From sequence record OQ718158.1: DNA of 64,000 nt, one strand, 5' to 3'. Both the position numbers and the translations under genes were made by a program. This DNA comes from Escherichia phage vB_Ec-M-J. This document shows positions 37,732 to 48,900 of the stretch, piece by piece (position 1 is the stretch's first letter; each line of letters begins with the position of its first letter). The notes below the pieces were generated by a model, which was given only the letters and a program-made list of their open reading frames with translations, was not told the DNA's origin and did not search any database.

Positions 37732-39075
37732 TTATTTGTCAGTGAAAGTTATTTTCCAATATCCCTGACGATATACTGACATAATACTCTTATGCCATTT
37801 GAATTTGTCATTATATCTATAATATCCACTATCTTCCATATTATAAACATAGTTGTGTACTCGCGATGGCTCAATAAGTTCTGCTCCATCATTGGTAATT
37901 TTAAACAAATAGTTCGCTGGGATTTCAGTCTCTTTGTAAATGATGTTATGTATGCTATTATTTACATAATATTGTTCAGGTAGTGCGTTATATAACAAAG
38001 AGTCTTTACTAATGAATCCATGTATTGTATAATCAACAGTATAATTACTATTATCAAGCTGAACTACAATCTTGTTAGAATCAGCCCCTTCCCCAAATGA
38101 AGAGATATGTCCTTTTAGTGGGTTATCCTCTTCTATAGCTTGTTGGAATTTAATACCTACAGTCTTGTCTTCATATTCTGGGTCCAAGTACTTAAGGTAT
38201 TTTTCCCATGAATAAATCCCACCATTTGGTGATGTTTCCGATAGTGATTGACTAACAAGAGTGAGTTGGTAAGTATCTGGAATATTAAGTTCAGAGTTTG
38301 TTATTTCATCAACTTTAATACATAAGTTCTTTGGTGTGAATACATCAGTAATGATATCCGAGTAATTACCAATTTCAAAATCAAGTTCATCACGAGCACC
38401 TTTAATATTGGTGGTGATTTGTTGGATAAGTTTTGGTTTCTCAACAATAGCTGGCAAAGAGAACCAAATTGTGGTTTCAAATGTCAATACCATTATATCC
38501 AAATCACTATCGGTTCCTTGTGGGAAACCACGAGTAGTAAATTGACAGTCAATCAACTCCACATCACTCAATGATGTCCAATCCAATGGGTTCTCGGAGA
38601 GTTGTAGTTGAATACTAGGAGCAAACAATGTTGAAATTTGCTCAAATAGTTCCATTTTAGTTTGTGTTTGTGTAACCCAAATATTAACATCAAACGTAAA
38701 TGTCCAAGGTACTGGGTTATGACGAGTTACTTTATACTGTTTATCTAAGTCTTTAGTATATTCGTTAATTCCAGGGGACTTGTTAGTCCCCATAACTAAT
38801 GTTTCATTTGCGTTTGAACGAACTGACTTGCGATCTAGTTTAAGTTGGTTTACACTAATGGTCATGATTGGTGCTGTTGGAAGCACGTTCTCACTGTTAC
38901 CATTAATAATTGCGGCTGCCATACGTGAAATATCTGCATAGCGGCAAGGAACTTTCTTATATTTTGGTTTTCCGTCAGCATCAACACCATTTTGTACTTG
39001 AAATTCACCAAACACTCTGATAAGATGTTTCAGTACTCGACGAAATTGACCATCATAATAATAATCTATTTTCAT
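37732..39075 (-). CDS. hypothetical protein (447 aa)
   Basis: AAGGA Shine-Dalgarno; start overlaps the upstream stop (ATGA), suggesting translational coupling. Confidence 0.7.
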   Translation of the reverse strand: MKIDYYYDGQFRRVLKHLIRVFGEFQVQNGVDADGKPKYKKVPCRYADISRMAAAIINGNSENVLPTAPIMTISVNQLKLDRKSVRSNANETLVMGTNKSPGINEYTKDLDKQYKVTRHNPVPWTFTFDVNIWVTQTQTKMELFEQISTLFAPSIQLQLSENPLDWTSLSDVELIDCQFTTRGFPQGTDSDLDIMVLTFETTIWFSLPAIVEKPKLIQQITTNIKGARDELDFEIGNYSDIITDVFTPKNLCIKVDEITNSELNIPDTYQLTLVSQSLSETSPNGGIYSWEKYLKYLDPEYEDKTVGIKFQQAIEEDNPLKGHISSFGEGADSNKIVVQLDNSNYTVDYTIHGFISKDSLLYNALPEQYYVNNSIHNIIYKETEIPANYLFKITNDGAELIEPSRVHNYVYNMEDSGYYRYNDKFKWHKSIMSVYRQGYWKITFTDK

Positions 39076-40568
39076 TCTGAATCCTTATGTATACGATACG
39101 CTGTATTAGGTTTAACTGCATCATGTAATGGTACACGGTTCGGGCTATTAACAAATTCTGTTAGAGCAAGATCTGCACCTTCCCACGGTTTTCTACCACC
39201 GTAATCGAAAATCACCCAAGAATTCTTGGACGCACTGTATTCCCATAGGGTTACTGGTGTATAATCGGTACGATAGTAGTAATCACCATCAACTGCATCA
39301 CTTGGGAACATATTACCTTCAGGAACTGTACCTCGTGCTGGAGGAATCTTAGGACGATAATCTTGTTGTGAATCGATATTTCCATAAACACTATTAGAAG
39401 TGAATGGGTCATTAACGTAAGTTACTTCTGGTTCTCCCCATTTACCATTTAAGTACTGATAAATGTGTGGTTCTTTGTATTCAATATAAAAATCATCAAC
39501 CCCTTGTGGTGGTGTGCTTTCTGTAGTATACTCAACATCACAATTTAGCCACTTTTTGGCAGATTTATCGTATTGATACAATGAGAAGCCAGTGACATCA
39601 GCCTCGTTTTCTTTAAAGAAGAAGTCACCATCCATCGGTTTGCGAGGAAAGATTGTTCCACGCTTGACTTCTACAGAAATCCATGTATCATTAGATAGTT
39701 CTTTCAGTACTGGGTAAGTTTTCTTGAGGAAATACATTTTATTTGCTGGTTCCTCTGGTAATTCGTATCCATTTAGCATATACTTAGACAAATCAACAGT
39801 ATCTGGTCTGTCATCGAACAAGTGTTCGTTAGTAAAATGAATGTATGGTACTTCATCATCAGCTTGCATAATGATACGGTTCATAATATCCATTTCATTA
39901 CCATAGCTGCTGTTCTCTGAAGAGCCATCATCAGTATTACCATTGCCGTTGTTTGGATCATCTGGGTCATCAGGGTAGTTATTGTTACCTAGAAGGTCAG
40001 AGTACTCTGGTGAATCAGTAAGAGGTTTAACACGGAGTTTGTAAATGTGATGTTGCCATGTAACTGAGTAACCTTCTGACGTTCTAAACCCATCTTGTAC
40101 TACATAGAAGCGGTTTAAACCAGAATCTTTACCAAGTACATCAAAATCACGTAAGTTAGGAAGTTCGATTACGTCACCTGGCATAATTTTTCTTCCCAAA
40201 CGCTGAATCATTGTGTTATAATGAATTGTGATGTCCATAGTGTTAAAGTTGAAGAACAATCCTGGGATTTTCAAGTCAGGAGTTGCTTCTTGGACTTGGT
40301 AGACGCAACTTAAGGTGATAGCTTCGAGATTATAGTTACGACTTGGAGTGTCACCAAAAATTAAATCACCAATGCTTGACACAACGGTACTATCTGATCC
40401 ATAATAATCACCGCCGTATGATAAATCAGTGTTATCAGCGACTTGTTTTGGTCCGACATAGGCATAAAGCCACATGTCAACACCACCGATGTTGTATTGT
40501 TCTGCTATGGCAGAGTCAATGAACTTGTAATCATTGGTTCTACCTTTTTTCCACATTCTATATGCCAT
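39072..40568 (-). CDS. hypothetical protein (498 aa) with a D/N/G-rich low-complexity insert
   Basis: Track start 40580 is TTG; ATG 40568 has a GGAGA Shine-Dalgarno (MAYRMWKKG...). Confidence 0.7.
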   Translation of the reverse strand: MAYRMWKKGRTNDYKFIDSAIAEQYNIGGVDMWLYAYVGPKQVADNTDLSYGGDYYGSDSTVVSSIGDLIFGDTPSRNYNLEAITLSCVYQVQEATPDLKIPGLFFNFNTMDITIHYNTMIQRLGRKIMPGDVIELPNLRDFDVLGKDSGLNRFYVVQDGFRTSEGYSVTWQHHIYKLRVKPLTDSPEYSDLLGNNNYPDDPDDPNNGNGNTDDGSSENSSYGNEMDIMNRIIMQADDEVPYIHFTNEHLFDDRPDTVDLSKYMLNGYELPEEPANKMYFLKKTYPVLKELSNDTWISVEVKRGTIFPRKPMDGDFFFKENEADVTGFSLYQYDKSAKKWLNCDVEYTTESTPPQGVDDFYIEYKEPHIYQYLNGKWGEPEVTYVNDPFTSNSVYGNIDSQQDYRPKIPPARGTVPEGNMFPSDAVDGDYYYRTDYTPVTLWEYSASKNSWVIFDYGGRKPWEGADLALTEFVNSPNRVPLHDAVKPNTAYRIHKDSE

Positions 40569-40610
40569 GTTTGTCTCCAAAATAAATCGGGTATATCTTT
40601 ATTTACCTTG

Positions 40611-40638
40611 TTGACAAACGCAAAGAATGTGATATAAT
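40611..40638 (+). promoter_or_regulatory. strong sigma70-type promoter (TTGACA-N16-TGaTATAAT), third copy of the P1/P2 family
   Basis: Exact -35 at 40611-40616 and -10 at 40633-40638 with conserved gaatgtgaTATAATG context. Confidence 0.75.
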
Positions 40639-40676
40639 GTTTATTAATTAGAGTGACTACTCATTTAGGAGAATAC

Positions 40677-42965
40677 ATGAATCTTACCCAATTATTCAAA
40701 AAAAGCGACGAACTGGCAACTTCTCTGGGTCATACCTTCTTGACTATTGACCATCTAAGTGCTACAGTACTGACAATCGATAGCATCAAAGCAGTATTTG
40801 AAGATATGAACATCGATGCAGACAACCTACACGGTCGTTTGATTGCATATCTGAAGAATACAACATTCCCACATGCACCTAAAAGTGCTGATGGTGATGA
40901 AGCGAACCGCACATCACTTCTCGTGAACCGTGTAGTTCAGGAACTTTCTAAGAAATCAGTAATTGAGCAACTTAAACGTGATGATTTCTCAATTGATGCT
41001 TATTTTGTACTGTTTGAGTGTTTGTCCTTCCCAAATACTGCACTAGAAGCAGCATTGCGTGAAGAGGGTATCACTTGTACTGAAGCAGCACGAACTCTAC
41101 AGAAGCACGTAGAAGCAATCGACAACGGAATCAACCTTCAAAGCATTAGTGATGAGCCAACTGGGGAGAAAAAAGTGGCACAACAGCAACCATCGTCCAA
41201 ACAAAAAGGTTTAGAAGATTACACCACTAACCTAACCGCACTTGCAAAAGAAGGTAAACTTGACCCAATGATTGGTCGCCAGAAAGAGCTTTCTGCACTG
41301 ATTGAAACTCTGGCCCGTAAGACTAAGAAGAATGCCATCCTGACTGGTGAAGCTGGTGTTGGTAAAACTCAAATCATTGATGGTCTAGCACAGGCAATCG
41401 CTGATGGTGAAGTACCAGAGCATCTTAAAGATGTTGAAATTCTGTCTCTGAACGTAGGTGCACTGACGGCTGGTACTAAGTACCGTGGTGAGTTCGAAGA
41501 ACGTATCGATAACCTACTAAAAGAACTGAAGAAACGTGAAAACACTATTGTGTTCATCGATGAAATCCATATTATGGTTGGTGCTGGTTCAGCAAGCAAC
41601 GGTTCTATGGATATGAGCAACATGCTCAAACCTGCACTATCTCGTGGTGAGATTCGTGTAATCGGTGCAACAACTTACGATGAATATCGTAAAAACATCG
41701 AAAAAGATAGTGCACTAACTCGCCGTTTCATGAAAATTGATGTAGTTGAGCCAACAATTGATGAAACCCGTGCGATTGTGAATGGTTTGAAATCTACTTA
41801 TGAAACTTTCCATAACGTAGAGTTCAGTACTGAAGCAATGGATGCAGTTATTACACTAAGTGATAAGTTCCTGAAGAACAAACACTTCCCTGACAAAGCA
41901 ATCGACCTAATGGATGCGGCAGCAGCGAAAGTACGTTCTCGTGAAACTGATGATAACATCATCACTGTTGCACTGATTCAAGAAGTTGTTGCAGGTATCG
42001 CAAACCTAGATATTAACGTGGTTGCTTGCACTGAAAGTGAACGTATGCGTAATCTACCAGATGCACTGCGTTCTCGTGTATACGGTCAAGAAGAAGCAGT
42101 ACAGAAACTGGTTGATAACGTGATGGTAGCTCGTGCTGGTCTGCGTGATAAATCAAGTGTTCAAGGTGCATTCATGTTTGTTGGTCCATCTGGTACTGGT
42201 AAAACTGAAATTACCAAAGCACTGGCTGATGCAACTGGTTCTGAACTGATTCGTTTCGATATGTCCGAGTTTTCACAGGAACATACTGTTGCTAAACTGA
42301 TTGGTTCACCTCCAGGCTATGTTGGTCACGATTCTGGTAACGGTCTGCTACTCGACAAGATTGAGCAGTTCCCGAATGCAGTACTGTTGCTTGATGAAAT
42401 CGAAAAAGCTGATCGTAAAGTACTACTAACCTTCCTACAGGTTCTGGACGAAGGACGTTTGACTGGTTCACAAGGTAAAACTGTTTACTTCAATAACGTA
42501 ACTGTTATTATGACGACTAACCTTGGTGCAGCAGATTCAACCAAGCGTAGTATTGGGATGAGCGGTAGTGATACAGCACAAGATAAAGCTATTAAAGCAT
42601 TCTTGCCACCTGAATTCATCAACCGTATCGATAGTATTGTGACATTCAAAGACCTAAGCAGCGAAGCGATTGACAGCATCATTGATAAGTTCATGGGTAG
42701 TCTGAATGAACAAATCAAAGACCGCAAAGTTAAAGTTTCCCTGACTAAAGCGGCACGTGAGTGGTTGGCAACAAATGGTGTTAAAGTTGGGATGGGTGCA
42801 CGTCCAATGAAACGCACTATTGAGCAAAACATCCGTGTTCCACTAGCTAAAGAGATGTTGTGTGGTTCTCTAGTTAATGGTGGTAACGTGACGTTTGATG
42901 TGATTGATGGTAAATTGGCTATCAAACCTAAACGCACTAAAGCAGTAGAAAAAGTTATTGCGTAA
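40677..42965 (+). CDS. ClpA/ClpB-like AAA+ unfoldase (two nucleotide-binding domains)
   Basis: Track start 40653 is GTG; ATG 40677 has an AGGAGA Shine-Dalgarno. NBD1 Walker A GEAGVGKT and Walker B VFIDEIH; NBD2 Walker A GPSGTGKT and Walker B LLLDEIEKA; Clp-N-like N-terminal repeats. Confidence 0.9.
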   Translation: MNLTQLFKKSDELATSLGHTFLTIDHLSATVLTIDSIKAVFEDMNIDADNLHGRLIAYLKNTTFPHAPKSADGDEANRTSLLVNRVVQELSKKSVIEQLKRDDFSIDAYFVLFECLSFPNTALEAALREEGITCTEAARTLQKHVEAIDNGINLQSISDEPTGEKKVAQQQPSSKQKGLEDYTTNLTALAKEGKLDPMIGRQKELSALIETLARKTKKNAILTGEAGVGKTQIIDGLAQAIADGEVPEHLKDVEILSLNVGALTAGTKYRGEFEERIDNLLKELKKRENTIVFIDEIHIMVGAGSASNGSMDMSNMLKPALSRGEIRVIGATTYDEYRKNIEKDSALTRRFMKIDVVEPTIDETRAIVNGLKSTYETFHNVEFSTEAMDAVITLSDKFLKNKHFPDKAIDLMDAAAAKVRSRETDDNIITVALIQEVVAGIANLDINVVACTESERMRNLPDALRSRVYGQEEAVQKLVDNVMVARAGLRDKSSVQGAFMFVGPSGTGKTEITKALADATGSELIRFDMSEFSQEHTVAKLIGSPPGYVGHDSGNGLLLDKIEQFPNAVLLLDEIEKADRKVLLTFLQVLDEGRLTGSQGKTVYFNNVTVIMTTNLGAADSTKRSIGMSGSDTAQDKAIKAFLPPEFINRIDSIVTFKDLSSEAIDSIIDKFMGSLNEQIKDRKVKVSLTKAAREWLATNGVKVGMGARPMKRTIEQNIRVPLAKEMLCGSLVNGGNVTFDVIDGKLAIKPKRTKAVEKVIA

Positions 42966-42974
42966 AAAAGAAAA

Positions 42975-42997
42975 GGAGAGCATTTGCTCTCCTTTTT
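42975..42997. terminator. bidirectional rho-independent terminator
   Basis: ggagagc-attt-gctctcc hairpin flanked by an A-run and a T-run, between convergent genes. Confidence 0.75.
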
Positions 42998-42998
42998 G

Positions 42999-45900
42999 TT
43001 ATTTAACTTCTAATAGATTTTTAATGTCAGTACCACTTATTTGCAAACTATCGGAGTAAACAGATAGTTCGATTGGATAACTGTTAACACTATAACGTTT
43101 TAGTAAATTAACTTTACCTAAGTTCAAGCCATTAAATGAATATGTCACATTCTCTTTAAAGTCGTGTTCTGCACTATACATTACCCCACAGAGTAAGTTA
43201 TTTGCAAAACGTACTTCAACTTTTTCAAAACCAAGAGAAATAATATCATTCATACTTGCACCAGCACCAGATAGAACATTATTAGTAACACTATATGGAC
43301 TAACTGAATCTGGTTGTGAAACATAAGTAGTATTTTCTTCACTGATAGCAGTAATGTTAGTTACTGTTCCACCAACTACACCAATATATGTATCACTAAC
43401 TAGTGGATATGCATATTCCCATACCCCTTCAGCATTCAGTACTGGTTGAATAATACCAACATCATACTCGAACACGTTAATTTCCACACTATCAGTCATT
43501 TTGGTTCTCACTAACTCACTAAGAACACCTGCACCAGTAATTGGTAAGTTATATCCGTTATCAATGGTAACACCATCAACTTCAAATATCTCGTTAGACA
43601 CTACCCAAACATCAACGTCATCTGGTGTAATTCCATCATTATAAGAACCACCATATAGTGTTGTGTCGTAGAATACTTCATAGTTCATTGCGTCGATAGC
43701 ATAGTTTCTATTTGTTTCATACAACTTAACACCATCAACCAAGAATTCTGGATCAGAAAAGGTTCTAATACGAACGATGTTCAATGCTAGAGGTATTGCT
43801 GGTTCATTCTGTTGTTGTTTAGTGATGTTATCATAACGAAGTACAACTCCAGTACTATCTAGTAGTTCTACAGTTCCGTTCGCAGTGTTTCTTACTGTGT
43901 ACAAGGTTGGTGTGGTGTCAGTTTTGATTTTTGATACACTCAAGATGGTTTCCCATGCATTGTTTTGGTATCTCACGTAATCTTCACCATCAGTTGTGAA
44001 TATCATAACCTTATCACCATCAGATAGGGTATTGTCAATTACTTCAGCTTCTGTATCACTAACAATTGATTTTATTTTATAGAAGTATTTTTCATCATAC
44101 TTACTGTATGATTTACTAATATCATTTTCAATCTTAGCGTAAGAAGGAATACTAACAATTGCTTCTGTTGTTTTATAAGGGTTGATGATAACCATACCTT
44201 CAGTTTTATATCTACTATTGTCTCTCAATTGAACTAGTGAAACACTATTGAATCCATAACCATCAACTGTGAAGCGAATCTGACCAATCTTTCTTCCTGA
44301 TGGGTTAATATCAGAAATGTCGATTATGTACGGATCTACTTCGTCACCTTCAACTTCCCATTTTAACTCGGAAGTTTGTGATTCAAGTGCTAGGTTATCA
44401 AATGCATTCATATCATCGTAGTACTTAGCATCGGTGATGCTATCTAGGATGTGCTGATAATCACTGTACATTGGGTTATTTCTATCAAGAGGTAAGTCAT
44501 CAAGATTTATTTCTGCCAATTGAACTAGTTGACCGTCAGTTATGAATTTGTCTTCCATGAAATCATCAATGCTTTGGTCATCTGGGATACTCTCGTATAC
44601 ACCATTAACATTAACATAAACATATTTTCGTGGCATCATAGTAAATGCATGAATATCAATAGGCATTCTACTTAATATTTCTTCAGCCTTTTCATAATGG
44701 TCGGTAGCATCTTTGTCATACAAACCACGCATACCAGACAATACATGAATTGCGTCATTGTAGAATCGTTGATTTCCATCTTCATCTACATGGCGATATG
44801 AATAAACACCATATTCAACTTCAAGTATAATTCTAACTTCATCATCAGTTGCAGTAGTATTGTTTTCTTTAATTAAAGAAACATACTTTTTATACAACTC
44901 ACTACTAACTTCAAAGTAACCAAAGTTATAATCAGTACTGGATGCATAACCAAACGGTAGTCTGGTACTTGGATTATCATCATAGGTTAACCCACTAAAT
45001 CCACATCCAACCTCATCATGAATTACTTCATCATCTGCACCTGTGTACAATTTCAAACGGTTAGAGAGTGTGTTATACTGAACATAATGATTTACGTCAT
45101 TAAACATTTCATTTTGTGTTGATTCTTTATATACACGATTCAACGTTTCTGTGAATTCTGCGGTTGCTACCAAATCATCTGCATGGTCTGCATACCATTG
45201 GTTAACACCGTAAGCAATCCCTAGAGTTACGTTCAATTCTGGGTAATACAATTGCATCTGATAAGCAACCAATAGGTCGAAATCTTCATCACTGTATTCT
45301 GGGAATGTATATTTGTAACGTTGTAATTCAAAATTACTAACAACATCTTGTGCATTAGATTGATATTTCTTATTCACTTCTTCCAATACATCAACACTTG
45401 CCAAATTATCATTTGGTTTACATTGAGTGTTGTCGTAGTGCATGATAACATCAATTTCTTGGAAACGGCGATTAGGTGTTACGAAATCACTTGGCAATTC
45501 ACCAACTTGCTCCCAACGTTGAGTTACCTCATTGAATTGAGCATATTCATAATCCCAAATGTCTTTTTCCGTTTTAACCCAAGTCCCATCTGCAAATATA
45601 TAGCCATTAGGATCTAAATCATTACACAAACCTTTAATTAAATCATCATCTGAAGTTTTCTGTTCAATCTGGGAACGAATCTTAGTTCTATATGGTTTAA
45701 CTTCTTCAAAGTACTCAACGATTTGATTAATCAAGTTGTCGTTGGAATAGTTCTGTACTAATGATTGTTCTAAACCTACAATATAAATGTAAGATGTTTT
45801 GAATACCCAATCAACAACGCTTTGTTCTACGTGAACATACTTAACCATATCAAACACAATTTCACTCTGATGTAAGTCGAATGAGTTCTTCAATAAAGCT

Positions 45901-48900
45901 AGTGCTTTACGAACGTTAATCTCACGATTACTCAACGAACCATTAGCATCACGAACTGTATAGTCAGCGTATAACATATCATTCAATTCAACTGTACTAT
46001 TTTCACGACCAATTGCTTTCCAGTAAACTGAATCACGTGATTGTGCTTTAATGTACAATGTCCAGATGCCATCAACATCTGTAATTCTGATAATGTCACC
46101 AACTTGATAGTTCTTAGTGTTTGCATCTTCTAGGCTGGATTCTTGTGTATATGCAGTATTTTTATCGTAGCCAATATCATACCAATCTGCTAGTGACCAG
46201 TACTGGGTCATGTCCAATGAAGTTCCTAGTGCTTCAACATAGTCTGATTGTTTAATCATTTTCTGTTGACCTTCACCACGGTTTTCCAATGTAATGGTAA
46301 CCACACTACCAGCACTTGATGGACTATTCATTAGATGAATATAACCATTAGCATCAATATGCACAAAATATACAGAGCTAGTTGATAGTGGGTTAGGTAA
46401 TACACCACTAGTACTTACTAGTACTGCGTCGTTTTCTTTGAACTTGTCACTTTCAGGTGCAATGACTAATTCACTATTGTAAGTTAGTACACGATATGAT
46501 ACTTCATTCGGGTTAACTTCAGTAGTTTTAACATTAAACACTTCGTCCATTAGAACAGTGTTAGTTGTTATATTCTGTGAGCGATAATAGTTATTTGCAC
46601 TTTCTACAAAGTTTCTACGAGCTTCAATTACATCTTGGAACCAAGTCTTATTAGAACCTAAACCGTTTGGTACTAAAGGATATAGTAAATCAATAACAGT
46701 TCCTGATTCAGTAGTTTCTTGACCAATCATAGAATTCCACATAGAAGTCCAGATTGATGGATTGAAGTTATAGCTATCACCTTCTTTACATAATTGATAC
46801 TGGTCATGTTTAATAACTTCAGTATTATCCATGTAATAAGAAACAGTTAAAATACTTGTGTCATCGTTGACTTCAAATTGCATATTACTTAGAATGAACG
46901 AGCTTTCATTGATTGGTGCAAACCAAGGAATGTTAAGCTGTGCTGGTTCTTTAATAATACGAGCAATATCAGTACAAGATTTAGTTCTGGAATGCAATGG
47001 TGGTACATAGATTGTATCACGAACCCAGAAATAGTATTTTGTAACATAAGTATCAGTTGTGCTATCATATTCTAAGAACGTACTATAATTATCTTCCAAT
47101 GCGGTTCCGCTTGGTAGGTACATAGTGTTGTTTTTATTTTTGTTAGCAACGTCTTTGCAGTATTTGTCCCAGTTATATGGTTCAACTGGTGAACATACCC
47201 ATTCAAGAACATCAACAGTACTGTGCGGTAGCAATCTGCCCCAGTTATAACGTTTATATTCATTTGTTGCATCAACATCCACATTACCATCAGCATCATA
47301 GATTGCACGAGTGTAATCTAAGTAGAAAGCAGTGCTGGTGTTCCACCAAACCTGACCAACTTTATCAGCACCCCATGCTTGAATCAATTCACCATTGCTG
47401 TTGTATTGTGCTGGGTCAACTGGAGATGTGTAGGTAACGTTCTGCATCGCTGCACCAGGAATAACACCGTTGATTGGGTCAAACACGTTTAGGTACAACG
47501 CAGTAATGTTAGTACGCTCATCATATGTGGTTGGGCGGTCAAACAAAGTACTTTGTGGAGCTTTAAAACTATATTTTCTGTCAATGTATTCCTGACGCAT
47601 CTCTTCAGTACTGAATCGTGAAACATAACGATACAAGCGTGGGCGAGTATCAGGATCAGTGAAGTCAATAGTGATTGAAGTGTCAAACGGAACTACCATA
47701 ACTCTAGGGTCATTACCCGCAGTATAATATTGACTTTCTATAGTCAATGTATCTGGCATAAAGTTAGTTTCATCAACAAAGTAATAATAATCACCATCAT
47801 TTAGTGGGATATCATCACTTAGAGTTACTTTACAGAATTGTTCTGCATATACATCGGTATTTTCAATTGGAACGATAGAGAGCATCTCAACTTCAGTGTC
47901 TACTAGTTCGAAAATATTCCACAAATCATTACCATCTTTAAACATCCATACAGAATCTGGGATTTCACCACTGTTATTCATATAATTGATACGATCATTA
48001 TATGCAGTACTGAAATCTTTAGTAACGTATGAAATTTCATCTAGTGTTACAGGACCAATGTCTGGAAGTTGGATATTCTCACTTCTTCCACTACGCATTG
48101 GGAATGAAAACTTACCATTTGGACGAGTAATCCAGCGTGAGTCAACCCCTTGTTCACCGTAATAAACAATACCATTACCAGTACCATTTGATGTAGCATT
48201 AACATCAAACGAAACCATCTGTGGTTGTTGTTTAAATTGGTCATTGATTAGTTTAAATTGTAGATTTTTCTTACCATTGATATTACCATAAGTACCAATC
48301 TTAAATGCCCATTCCTGAAGTGCTTTATATTCATCAGTGTCGTAAGATTTAGAAACGCGTAGTACTTTTTCCATTACTTGGTTAGTACCTTTGTCATGAA
48401 TGAATCCTTTATAGAAATCAACACGACTAACATCACTACTAATCATACGTTGTAGATAATCACGAGTTTGATAGCCAATCAAGTGATTTGATAACTCTTG
48501 AAGCTGAACATCACTCACAGGAGTTTCACTATTATAATATAATTCAAAATCAGTTACTAATTTTTCAAATGATGGTAAAGTTCCTGCTTCTAGGATAATG
48601 AAACCAGGTGCTTGTAGGCGACCAGTCCATGACCCAGTAATGTAACCATACATTTTAATCAATTCTTGAATAGCACCATAAGTTGGTTGGTAAATGTAAT
48701 CACCAAAGATAGTTTTATCATCAAAAACAACTGCGTGTTCATATGAACTTAGGCTCAAACGAATCAACGCCATACGTTTTTGTGATTCAGTTGTAGTTCT
48801 CACTGTGAATACGTTACCGATACGCGAAGTTTCGATTTCATATTGACGGATACCTTGGTTTTCATCATCGAGTAGTGACCAAACACCACCACTATTCTGT

